A DNA stretch of 64,000 bases from Candidatus Berkelbacteria bacterium (GTDB taxonomy: Bacteria; Patescibacteriota; UBA1384; 2-12-FULL-50-11): NCBI GenBank assembly GCA_016432625.1, contig CP066697.1, positions 215,363 through 279,362 of the forward strand, written 5' to 3'. The position numbers and the translations under genes were made by a program. The stretch's first letter is position 1. Each line of letters opens with the position of its first letter. The notes below the pieces were generated by a model. That model saw only the letters and a list, made by a program, of their open reading frames with translations. It searched no databases and had not been told where the DNA came from. This document shows, piece by piece, positions 48,118-56,944 of this stretch.

Positions 48118-48254
48118 CGGGTGGTTCGGGTACGAAGTACCAAGAACGGCCGCAAGATGCGGGTGATTCTGAACACAAAGTGCGAGGAACGACCGTCGTA
48201 GACGGGTGATTCTGAACATGAAATGTAAAGAACGGCCGCAAGATGCGGGTGATT
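48118..48254 (+). repeat. Three tandem 42-43 bp hairpin units beginning with the tRNA-Val 5' end
   Basis: cgggtgRtt at 48118, 48160, 48203 and 48246 (tRNA); each unit closes with gaacg(g/a)ccg. Confidence 0.9.
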
Positions 48255-48318
48255 AGCTCAGCGGTAGAGCATCGCGTTCACATCGCGAGGGTCGCTGGTT
48301 CAAGTCCAGCATCACCCA
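48247..48318 (+). tRNA. tRNA-Val(CAC)
   Basis: GGGTGATTAGCTCAGCGGTAGAGC...TTCACAT...GTTCAAGTCCAGCATCACCCA. Confidence 0.95.
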
Positions 48319-48372
48319 CTTCGTAAGAATAAATATTTCCAAGATCCAACCAATTGATTACAATAATGACCA

Positions 48373-48921
48373 ATGAGGAGATTCTCTAGTTTAGTTGAAG
48401 TTGTCAAAGTTGTAGCGATAGTTTTCTTGTCGGCGATTGTAATTCGCACCTTTGTTTTTCAACCCTTCGTTGTTGAGGGCTCGAGTATGGAAGGCAACTT
48501 TCACAACGGCGAATATCTGTTTATTGAAAAAATTTCTTATAAACTAAAAGTCCCCAAAAGGGGTGACGTTATAGTTTTTCGCTACCCACGCGACGTTCGA
48601 TACAACTATATCAAGCGTGTTATCGGTTTGCCTGGGGAGACCATTCAGATCAAAAATGGCCACGTTTATGTCGCCGGCGAACTGCTCAAGGAAGACTATC
48701 TGAAGAATGATGAGGGCACTTTCGTTGATAACAATCGCGACCTGGATTACGAAGTCACGTTGGAAAAAGGACAGTATTTTGTGATGGGGGATAATCGAGG
48801 ACACTCCTCGGATTCGAGAGAATGGGGGCCGCTTGATGAGCGATTTGTTATCGGTCGCTCGGCGCTAGTACTCTATCCGCACGCGAGTTTTCGGGCGATT
48901 GCCTCGCCTACTTACCGCTAG
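48373..48921 (+). CDS. lepB: Signal peptidase I
   Basis: GSSME, YIKRVIGLPGE, GDNRGHSSDSR.WG. Confidence 0.95.
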   Translation: MRRFSSLVEVVKVVAIVFLSAIVIRTFVFQPFVVEGSSMEGNFHNGEYLFIEKISYKLKVPKRGDVIVFRYPRDVRYNYIKRVIGLPGETIQIKNGHVYVAGELLKEDYLKNDEGTFVDNNRDLDYEVTLEKGQYFVMGDNRGHSSDSREWGPLDERFVIGRSALVLYPHASFRAIASPTYR

Positions 48922-49939
48922 CGACGTTTTCTTTTAGCCAGGTTAGTACCTTGTCGGTATTCTCGCCCTTTAAGGCTGATACAGGGATATTCGGGAATTT
49001 ATGAAGATATCTATGAAAAGGCATACGGCCGGTTTCAATAAGATCCATTTTATTTATAACGATAAGTAAAGGTTTGCCGAGATCATGGGCGAAATAAATT
49101 AGGTGCAGATCACCTCTAGTTGTCCCTTCGCTGGCATCGATTACTACTAACACCGCGTCAGAACGAGAAATGGTTGTTAGGGCTCGTTTAACACTGAAAT
49201 CTTCGGTGCCTCGAGCGATTCTGCCACGCCGACGCACGCCCGCCGTATCGGCTAGCAAGAAGTCAGTGCCGTCAATAATTATTTTTTCAGTGACGATATC
49301 GCGTGTCGTCCCCGCCAGCGGACTCACTACCGCCCGATTAGATTTAGTTAAGCTATTTAGTAGGGTAGATTTACCAACATTTGGTCTGCCAACGATAGTT
49401 ATAACTGGCGCAGATGGATCGTTAATTTTTACCTTTGGCAGATCGTTACTGGCGGCTTCTAGCAAATCTCCGACGCCGTTTCCCTTGATGGCCGAAACGG
49501 CGAAAGTCTTTAGTCCGAGATAGTCATAGGTTGATAGCTCGGCCCGACGTTTCGGCGAATCCATTTTATTGGCTACCAGCCAGACGTTTTTCGTTTGACG
49601 CAGAGTTTTAATAAATTGCAGATTACTTGGAGTGAGGCCTGAGGTTGCATCGAATACAAACAGAACCAAGTCGGCTTCAGTCACCGCCTGCAGTGTTTGC
49701 GATTTTATTTTCTGGTACAGTTCCGACTCGTCTTCAGCCAGGCCACCGGTATCAACCAGATTAAAGCGCCAGCTTTGCCATTCAACTTCACCATAAATAC
49801 GGTCGCGCGTGGTGGACTCTTCACGGGCCGTTATTGCCTGCCACGAACCTGTCATACGATTAAATAACGTCGACTTACCCGCGTTGGTCGGACCAACGAG
49901 GGCAATAAGTGGCAAGTTGTCCTCAGATTTTTTGCGCAT
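48908..49939 (-). CDS. der: Ribosome biogenesis GTPase Der/EngA lacking the C-terminal KH-like domain
   Basis: Two G domains (GPTNAGKS/TTRD/DTGG/NKMD and GRPNVGKS/GTTRD/DTAG/NKMD); ends right after G2. Confidence 0.88.
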   Translation of the reverse strand: MRKKSEDNLPLIALVGPTNAGKSTLFNRMTGSWQAITAREESTTRDRIYGEVEWQSWRFNLVDTGGLAEDESELYQKIKSQTLQAVTEADLVLFVFDATSGLTPSNLQFIKTLRQTKNVWLVANKMDSPKRRAELSTYDYLGLKTFAVSAIKGNGVGDLLEAASNDLPKVKINDPSAPVITIVGRPNVGKSTLLNSLTKSNRAVVSPLAGTTRDIVTEKIIIDGTDFLLADTAGVRRRGRIARGTEDFSVKRALTTISRSDAVLVVIDASEGTTRGDLHLIYFAHDLGKPLLIVINKMDLIETGRMPFHRYLHKFPNIPVSALKGENTDKVLTWLKENVASGK

Positions 49940-49969
49940 TGTATGCATGACTGTTAGTTTGGTTTCGAG

Positions 49970-51700
49970 ATGCTTTACGCCCAAGTAGTCGTTAAACAGC
50001 GCACTAGCGCCCATGAGCTGACATACGAGATTCCTGCCTCAATGTTACCTTATATTAAGGTTGGCAGTCTAGTCACCGCCCCACTCCGGCGAAGGCAAGT
50101 GACGGGAATTGTTGTCGAACTTCAGCAACGCCTTGAGCATAAACTGCGTGGCAAGGTGCGCCCGATCGCTAAACTGGAACGAGACCAGCAGTTAAGTGAG
50201 CGGCAAATTGAGGTAATTAAAAAACTGGCGGCGCATTATGGTGCGAGTAACGCTGAAGTCGCCTTTCACGCCTTGAAATATTCGTTTATCCCCAAAGTTC
50301 AAACCGTCCGCTCAACCGAGAAGCCCACTTTTATCCAAGCAAAAACATCACGACGTTACGAGGAATATCTCAAGATCATTACTCGGGACGACGGAACGAC
50401 TTTCCTTGTATTGTTCGCCCAGAAGAATTTTGCTCAGGAATTTGCGAGAATAGCGGCGAAAGTAGTCGGCGAAGTTGTGCTTGATAACGACAAGTCCCAG
50501 GCGCGACGAATTATGCAAGACAGACTTGGTTCGGGTAAGCGAATAGTGCTTGTTGGTACTATTCAACAAGCCTTTTTCCCCTTGGATTCCGGCGACTGCA
50601 TCATCGTCGACCAACCAAGTCATATCGGCGCTAAACAGCAGCAGCGTCCCTTCATGCGCCTCGGACGCATCGCTGAAATTCGCGCTACAACGGAATCTTT
50701 GCGGCTAATTACTGGCGACATACTTCCCGAAGTCGGAATTCTGCCTAAATTCTTACGACATGAATGGCAGTTGCAGAGCCATCCGCCTACTGCCCAGCCA
50801 TTACTAATTTTTAGTCGTCAGGGTACACGTTCGTTCCTTGTACCAGGGGTGGAGGACGAGCTTAGGACTCGAGCTAGCGTGAAAGGCAAGGTGCTAATTA
50901 TTGTGCTTTCACGAGGCGTGGCGCCTGCTCTAGTATGTGCTGATTGCGCTCAGATTATCGATTGCGCTAATTGCGGCAGAACTATTTCGGTAACTCGCTC
51001 AAAACTGAAGTGTCGTTATTGTAGTCATGAACAAGCGATTCCCTCAAAATGTCCGAACTGCAACCGGAATAATTTGCGCCCGGTGGGTGAGGGGGTCGAG
51101 AGCGCTATGAGTTACGTTAGGCAGCTTGTGCCGAATGTCGAAGTCGAAGTTTTCAGTAGCGATCAACCTGTTTTTCCGCATCGAGCAAAAATAGTTATAT
51201 CCACTGAAAAGATCTTCAACGTGCCCCGAGCGGAATTCGACTCGGTTTTCTTTCTTAGCGTCGATCGTCTATTATCCGGCACGGAAATAGAAAGTGCCTG
51301 GGAATTGATGAACTACATATTGACGCTGCCGGGGGAGAAAATTATCCAGACATACCTTCCCGAGCATCGTCTGTGGGGTTATGCCGGCACGGGGAACATA
51401 AAAAAATTTTTCACTGAAGAGTTGACGCTTCGACGTCGTTATCGTTTACCACCGTACAGCGTTTTCTTTGCCGTTGTCGGTCAGTCAAGCGCCTTAGAGT
51501 CGTTACAGCGGCAAGCAAAAATAATTACCGACAACTTGGCAGAAATCCTTCCTGCGGCCGAAATAGGGCTAGCGGAGTATGAATTACTCACCGAGCATCA
51601 CGGTAAGATCGGTATCTTAACCTCGCGTCTGACAAATAGACAAAAAGAGACGATCCGCGAAACCTTGCCACCTAACTGGCACCTTGATATTGAGCCATAA
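49970..51700 (+). CDS. priA: Primosomal protein N', degenerate helicase
   Basis: N-terminal 3'-binding domain pattern, four CxxC pairs, IIQTY.PEH, R....LPPY. Confidence 0.8.
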   Translation: MLYAQVVVKQRTSAHELTYEIPASMLPYIKVGSLVTAPLRRRQVTGIVVELQQRLEHKLRGKVRPIAKLERDQQLSERQIEVIKKLAAHYGASNAEVAFHALKYSFIPKVQTVRSTEKPTFIQAKTSRRYEEYLKIITRDDGTTFLVLFAQKNFAQEFARIAAKVVGEVVLDNDKSQARRIMQDRLGSGKRIVLVGTIQQAFFPLDSGDCIIVDQPSHIGAKQQQRPFMRLGRIAEIRATTESLRLITGDILPEVGILPKFLRHEWQLQSHPPTAQPLLIFSRQGTRSFLVPGVEDELRTRASVKGKVLIIVLSRGVAPALVCADCAQIIDCANCGRTISVTRSKLKCRYCSHEQAIPSKCPNCNRNNLRPVGEGVESAMSYVRQLVPNVEVEVFSSDQPVFPHRAKIVISTEKIFNVPRAEFDSVFFLSVDRLLSGTEIESAWELMNYILTLPGEKIIQTYLPEHRLWGYAGTGNIKKFFTEELTLRRRYRLPPYSVFFAVVGQSSALESLQRQAKIITDNLAEILPAAEIGLAEYELLTEHHGKIGILTSRLTNRQKETIRETLPPNWHLDIEP

Positions 51701-51755
51701 ATACTGACGCATCGCCGGATGACAAATTAAACCTGTTAGAGTACAATTACCAAGC

Positions 51756-53135
51756 ATGAAATCGCCAAAGGCCGGCAAATTAGAACTCAAGGTGATTTAT
51801 CACCCCGCTTTGCGACGTCAAGCTCGCCCTGTCGTGGACTTCGGCCCAGATTTAAAGAACGAAGCCGAACAAATGATAAGAGTGATGAAGGAACATCACG
51901 GTCTCGGTTTGGCAGCGCCACAGGTTGACCTTGATAAGCGGCTAATCGTTTACGGCTACGAGCCAAAAAACAAAGATGATAAATTGCCGGCGATCCCTTT
52001 CACGGCCCTAATGAACCCAAAAGTAGTTAAGTTCAGTCAAGAAAAAGAGACCATGACTGAGGGATGCTTATCGCTACCCGGGCTAGAGCTTCCTGTGACC
52101 CGTAGTGCCGGGGTGACGGTCAACGCTCAGAACCTTGATGGGCAACCGGTAGTGATTAGAGCTAAGGGTCTGGCGGCACGAGTTTTGCAGCACGAGATTG
52201 ACCATCTTGACGGTATCTTATTCACTGATCGAGCCGATAATTTCCGCGATCTTGCCGATTACAGGTTTGCGAAAATTGTTTTCTTTGGTAGTGATGATTT
52301 TTCCTTACCGGTCTTGCGAGCACTCGTCGCCGCTAAATTAAGCATTATCGCGGCAATAACCGAGACGGATAAACCAGCTGGTCGGGGCGGGAAGTTACTG
52401 CCGACGCCAATAAAAACTGAGGCCGATAAGTTGGGTATCGCCATAATTCAGCCCGAGTCTAAGGAAGAAATCACCGCAGTTATCCGACAGCTCAAGCCGG
52501 ATCTAGTCGTTTTGGCGTCCTACGGCAAAATTTTGTTACCGGAAACACTGAGTACGCCGACCTTCGGGGCGCTCAACGTTCACCCTTCACTCCTACCGAA
52601 GTACCGCGGCGCCACGCCAATTCAAAGCGCTATTTTAAGCGGGGAGGACAAGACTGGCGTGACGATAATGACGATGGCACCAGAGGTGGACGCCGGCTTG
52701 ATGATCGCTCAGGAAACTCACCGCATCGAGTCAAGTGACACTGCCGCAACACTACGCCATAAACTCGCCCAACTAGGCGCGACGCTTCTTGTTAACGCTA
52801 TACCGCCGTACTTAGCCGGACAGGCAAAGTTGGCTCACCAGATGGAAAATCAGGTTACAAAAACGCAGAAACTGAGTAAGGAAATGGGCCAGATCGACTG
52901 GTCGAAGCCGTTACAACAAATTGACCGGGAAATTCGGGCGTTCTACCCATGGCCAGGGGCGTACACCGACCTTGCCGGGAAACGGCTTAAGTTTCTTGGT
53001 AGCCGGTTTGAAGCTGGTAGGTTGATACTGGAGACAGTTCAGCTTGAAGGGAAAAAGCCGGCTGCTTGGAGTGACTTTGAGCGGGGCTATCTTCAGGTAT
53101 TGAAGAAAACTGACTGGTACGGTAAGATTTCCTAG
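51756..53135 (+). CDS. def-fmt: Fused peptide deformylase / methionyl-tRNA formyltransferase
   Basis: GLGLAAPQ, EGCLS, QHEIDHLDG followed in frame by FFGSDDFS, NVHPSLLPKYRGATPIQ, RAFYPWPGA. Confidence 0.93.
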   Translation: MKSPKAGKLELKVIYHPALRRQARPVVDFGPDLKNEAEQMIRVMKEHHGLGLAAPQVDLDKRLIVYGYEPKNKDDKLPAIPFTALMNPKVVKFSQEKETMTEGCLSLPGLELPVTRSAGVTVNAQNLDGQPVVIRAKGLAARVLQHEIDHLDGILFTDRADNFRDLADYRFAKIVFFGSDDFSLPVLRALVAAKLSIIAAITETDKPAGRGGKLLPTPIKTEADKLGIAIIQPESKEEITAVIRQLKPDLVVLASYGKILLPETLSTPTFGALNVHPSLLPKYRGATPIQSAILSGEDKTGVTIMTMAPEVDAGLMIAQETHRIESSDTAATLRHKLAQLGATLLVNAIPPYLAGQAKLAHQMENQVTKTQKLSKEMGQIDWSKPLQQIDREIRAFYPWPGAYTDLAGKRLKFLGSRFEAGRLILETVQLEGKKPAAWSDFERGYLQVLKKTDWYGKIS

Positions 53136-53582
53136 ATGTTAGTTATACGACTCCGCCGAATTGGTAAGAAAAATAAACCGACGTATCGCGTCGTTGTTGC
53201 TGAGCATTCCTACCCGATTGACGGCAAGTTTACGGCTGATTTAGGGTTCTATAACCCTCACACGAAAAAAGTTGGCCTCGAACTCAAAGAGGTCTCCCTA
53301 TGGCTCGACAAGGGTGCTAAGCCTTCGAATACCGTCGCCAAAATCCTGCAGCATGAAAAACTCAAGCATAAATCTGTAGTTATCCACACCCGTAACCGCA
53401 AGCCGAAAGCGGAGCTTAAACCAGCTAAGGAGAGCTCTAAGCCTGCTGCCGCTCCGACAGAAGAAGCCCAAACCCCGGCTGCAAATGATACAGAGAACTC
53501 CGCCGAAACACCGTCTGCTGAAGTCGAAGAGTCAGTTGTTGAAGAAAGTACACCAGAAGAAGAGCCTGTTGCCCAAGCGTAA
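53136..53582 (+). CDS. rpsP: 30S ribosomal protein S16
   Basis: MLVIRLRRIGKK..PTYRVVV, GFYNP, GAKPS.TV. Confidence 0.97.
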   Translation: MLVIRLRRIGKKNKPTYRVVVAEHSYPIDGKFTADLGFYNPHTKKVGLELKEVSLWLDKGAKPSNTVAKILQHEKLKHKSVVIHTRNRKPKAELKPAKESSKPAAAPTEEAQTPAANDTENSAETPSAEVEESVVEESTPEEEPVAQA

Positions 53583-53642
53583 GGTCGCTTGAGGGCTAAC
53601 CGAGCCTTTTAGGCTAAGCTCGGGTATTATGTTTGAGGAGGG

Positions 53643-54017
53643 ATGGTTTTAACTGGATTTTTTGTTTGGTGGTACGGCGAGGGGCTTACTCAGAGCTTCC
53701 AGATTATTCTTGCAACCGCCGAAAAAATTATTGATTTTTTCTCGCTGGAGATTCTTTTTAAGACCTGGGTATCGCCCTGGAAAAACGACGTCCTTTCCGC
53801 AGAGAACATTTCCCTATCAGATCAAATCCATCTCTGGCAGATGAACTTAGTCAGTCGTTTCGTTGGCTTTGTCGTTCGAACGATGATAATTATCGTCGCG
53901 ATAATTTGCCTCGGAGTTAGCGGCGTACTTGGCGGTCTGGCCTTAGCGTTCTGGATCGCGCTGCCTCTTGCAGCGGTGTTGTTTCCGATCCTTGGAGTGA
54001 GGATGTTGTTCACATGA
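53643..54017 (+). CDS. Hypothetical membrane protein
   Basis: GAGGAGG RBS; WWY..G, PWK, SRFVGFVVR; ATGA overlap with the next gene. Confidence 0.75.
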   Translation: MVLTGFFVWWYGEGLTQSFQIILATAEKIIDFFSLEILFKTWVSPWKNDVLSAENISLSDQIHLWQMNLVSRFVGFVVRTMIIIVAIICLGVSGVLGGLALAFWIALPLAAVLFPILGVRMLFT

Positions 54018-56428
54018 AAACGCGAGTCTTGCAAACCGAACGGGCGAATTTTCTGCAGCTCTACCAGTCGCTGCCTATTACCGTATTCCGCGCAACAGTA
54101 TTAGGAATTGGGGTTCTAGCAATCTTTGGTAGCGTCCTGCCACTCATTAACATTGAGTCGCCAAATATTACCGGGATTTCACTTATCTTATTGGGGCCGT
54201 GTTTAGCGGTTTGGGCTTTTCATTTTTACATAATTTACTTACGCGATAATCCAGAATTTTTAATTGGTGAAAGGGAGCGCAAGGAGCTATTAAATAACTT
54301 TGATTACGTCGGCGCCCAGGCTTTGTCTTCACTTGAAAGTAGAAAAAGCTACCAACCGTTATGGCAGGCGTTATTTACTAAACCAGCGATTGAATCAATC
54401 TTTTTCCGTTTAGGCCTTAGTAAAGAATTATTAATCGAAGGTTTCGCCTCCGCCCCGTCGGGTGACGCTGAGCGTTTGGCCAAAACCGCCCAATCCCTAG
54501 CTGCCGGCAAAACGGCTGACTGTTTCGATTTGGCTCGCACCCTCTTACGGGAACCAGGGTTGCAAGCGTTCCTAAAGCAGCAGAAATTGCCTCCCGATAC
54601 CGTTGAGGACTTAGTCAGTTTTTATCAGGCACGTTACAAGCTCTCGCAGCATGATCATTTTTGGCTACCGGAAGGCTCGAGTCGCGACGGCGGCGTTGCT
54701 CGTTCCTGGTCTATCAGCTACACCAATTTACTTGATCAGTTCACGGAGAAAATACCGCCGCAAATTTCGCGCCGTGTTAAGTATTTCCCCTTTTACGGGC
54801 GTGAGAAGCTCGTCGAACAGGTAGTAACGAGTCTTAACAAAATTGAGGGCCAAAATATCTTACTTGTCGGAGAGCCAGGAATTGGCAAGAAAGAGCTGTT
54901 CTACTCCATCGCTTCTCGAGTGACGAACTACCAGACGAAAACTGGAATAGATGGTTATGAGGTGCGAATTCTCGACCTTCAGTCAATGCTGGCCGCGGCA
55001 CCAACTGTTGAACAGCTTGGCCCACTTTTTCAGGGCCTCTTTCGCGACTTAACCAGTGCCGGCAACGTAATCCTACTCGTACCAGGTATTGATTTGCTTC
55101 TAGCTACAGAGGGTGCTGGCTCGGCTGACGTTGGTAATTTGCTAACCGAATACCTCTCGCACGATAAAATCCATATCATCGGCACGATTACGCCGGCTCA
55201 TTACGTAACCATGGTTCAGTCAAAATCGATCTTAGCCTCAAAGTTTGTGGCGATTGAGGTTGGCGCTCCGAAGGGCAGGGATTTGGAGAAAATTCTCCTT
55301 AACAGCTTGCCACCAATTGAGAGCCGGTACGGCGTATTTTTCCAGCTTCAGTCATTACTAACCACCGTTCAGCTGTCGGATAGGTACATCAAAGATAAAG
55401 TCTCGCCTAAGCGCGAGATTGACCTTCTAGAGGAAATTGCCGCTTCAGCCCACGCCAAGAACACTGTCTTCGTGCTCCCGGAGGACGTAATGTTGGTTGT
55501 TGAGCAGCGGACCAAGGTGCCGCTACAGGTTAACGAAAAGGAACAGAAGACCTTACTGAATCTAGAAGAAGCCCTTCACCAGAGGATTATCGGGCAAAAT
55601 CGCGCCATCAAGCTTGTGAGTGACGCGCTACTTAGAGCTAGAGCCGGCTTAAGTACCGGCAAGAAGCCAATCGGTTCGTTTCTGTTCTTAGGGCCAACGG
55701 GCGTTGGTAAAACCGAAACCGCCAAGGCCTTAGCGCAAATATATTTTGGGAGCGAAGAAAAGATTATCCGCCTGGATATGACCGAGTACGCTGACGAAAA
55801 TGCGCTATCCAAATTACTCGGAACTGACGAGCTAAGGCATCCGGGCAGCTTGACTGTCGCGATCATGCAGAGCCCCTCAACCGTTCTACTACTGGACGAA
55901 ATCGAGAAAGCTTCTGATACAGTGAAAAATGTTCTGCTCCAATTACTCGACGAAGGTCGTCTAACCACTAATTTCGGCAAAGTCCTAGATTTCACCAACA
56001 CGATTGTCATCGCCACAAGTAACGCCGGATCAAGTTTTATAAAGAGTCAGGTCGAGCGCGGTGCCGAGGCGGCGACTACGGAGAAACAGCTACTTGATCA
56101 GCTCATAAGCGAGAGAACCTACCTTCCCGAGTTCCTTAATCGTTTCGATGGCGTTGTGGTCTTTTTACCGCTAACTAAAGCTGAAGTGAAACAAGTGGTG
56201 CTCTTGCAGCTTGAGCAGCTGAAAGCCCTAGTCAAACAGGAAAAAGGACTCGAGCTGGAGATCGCGCCAAGCGTAATAGAAACTCTGGCGGCCAAGGGCT
56301 ATGACCCAGTGTTTGGGGCGCGAGCATTGCAGCGAGTCATGAAGCAAGAGCTGGAGACGGCGATCGCGCGTGAGATTATCGCCCAGAACCCAGACCCCGG
56401 GACGAAGCTAGTTATCTCTTCCCTGTAG
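54014..56428 (+). CDS. ClpA/ClpB-family AAA+ ATPase with N-terminal TM helices
   Basis: GEPGIGKK; IIGQ, PIGSFLFLGPTGVGKTE, LLDEIEK, PEFLNRFD, FGARAL.R. Confidence 0.9.
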   Translation: MKTRVLQTERANFLQLYQSLPITVFRATVLGIGVLAIFGSVLPLINIESPNITGISLILLGPCLAVWAFHFYIIYLRDNPEFLIGERERKELLNNFDYVGAQALSSLESRKSYQPLWQALFTKPAIESIFFRLGLSKELLIEGFASAPSGDAERLAKTAQSLAAGKTADCFDLARTLLREPGLQAFLKQQKLPPDTVEDLVSFYQARYKLSQHDHFWLPEGSSRDGGVARSWSISYTNLLDQFTEKIPPQISRRVKYFPFYGREKLVEQVVTSLNKIEGQNILLVGEPGIGKKELFYSIASRVTNYQTKTGIDGYEVRILDLQSMLAAAPTVEQLGPLFQGLFRDLTSAGNVILLVPGIDLLLATEGAGSADVGNLLTEYLSHDKIHIIGTITPAHYVTMVQSKSILASKFVAIEVGAPKGRDLEKILLNSLPPIESRYGVFFQLQSLLTTVQLSDRYIKDKVSPKREIDLLEEIAASAHAKNTVFVLPEDVMLVVEQRTKVPLQVNEKEQKTLLNLEEALHQRIIGQNRAIKLVSDALLRARAGLSTGKKPIGSFLFLGPTGVGKTETAKALAQIYFGSEEKIIRLDMTEYADENALSKLLGTDELRHPGSLTVAIMQSPSTVLLLDEIEKASDTVKNVLLQLLDEGRLTTNFGKVLDFTNTIVIATSNAGSSFIKSQVERGAEAATTEKQLLDQLISERTYLPEFLNRFDGVVVFLPLTKAEVKQVVLLQLEQLKALVKQEKGLELEIAPSVIETLAAKGYDPVFGARALQRVMKQELETAIAREIIAQNPDPGTKLVISSL

Positions 56429-56519
56429 AGCTTTACAAGCGTAAACCGCTCTGTTACAACTTGTTAAATCGCAGTGGTGTAGGTCGAGGCTGCGTTACTC
56501 GCGTAAGACAAAGGACAGC

Positions 56520-56867
56520 ATGGCAGAAATTACAGATCAAGAATACGTCGAAAGTATCGTAAAGCCTCTGGTAGAAAATCCCGAGGAAGTTGTCACTAGC
56601 CGAACCGTCGATGAGATGGGTGTTTTAATCCAGCTCACTTTGAACCGCTCTGATATGGGTAAGGTTATCGGTCGTGACGGACGAACCGCTAAAGCGATCC
56701 GCTCGCTTTTGCGCGTCTTCGGTTCAAAATCGAATGCCCGCATTAATCTGAAGATCGTTGAGCCTGAAGGTGGCGAACCGGCTCCGGAAAAAGTAAAGAA
56801 GGAAGAAACTGAATCAATTCCGGAAGAGAAGCCAACCTCAGAAGAAAAAGCTACTAGCGTTATCTAG
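56520..56867 (+). CDS. khpA: KH-domain RNA-binding protein KhpA
   Basis: DMGKVIGRDGRTAKAIR. Confidence 0.92.
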   Translation: MAEITDQEYVESIVKPLVENPEEVVTSRTVDEMGVLIQLTLNRSDMGKVIGRDGRTAKAIRSLLRVFGSKSNARINLKIVEPEGGEPAPEKVKKEETESIPEEKPTSEEKATSVI

Positions 56868-56889
56868 ATAAAACAGAATTGTTAGAATT

Positions 56890-56917
56890 GTGGCCGCGCC
56901 CGAGTGGGCGCGGCCAC
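56890..56917. terminator. Perfect 12-bp hairpin
   Basis: gtggccgcgccc-gagt-gggcgcggccac; no clear U-tract. Confidence 0.55.
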
Positions 56918-56944
56918 TACGTTGTCTTGAGGTACAATTGAAAG

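Noticed and set aside
48118-48254. CRISPR array
   Set aside because: Units are degenerate tandem copies without unique spacers, and no cas genes are present in the window.
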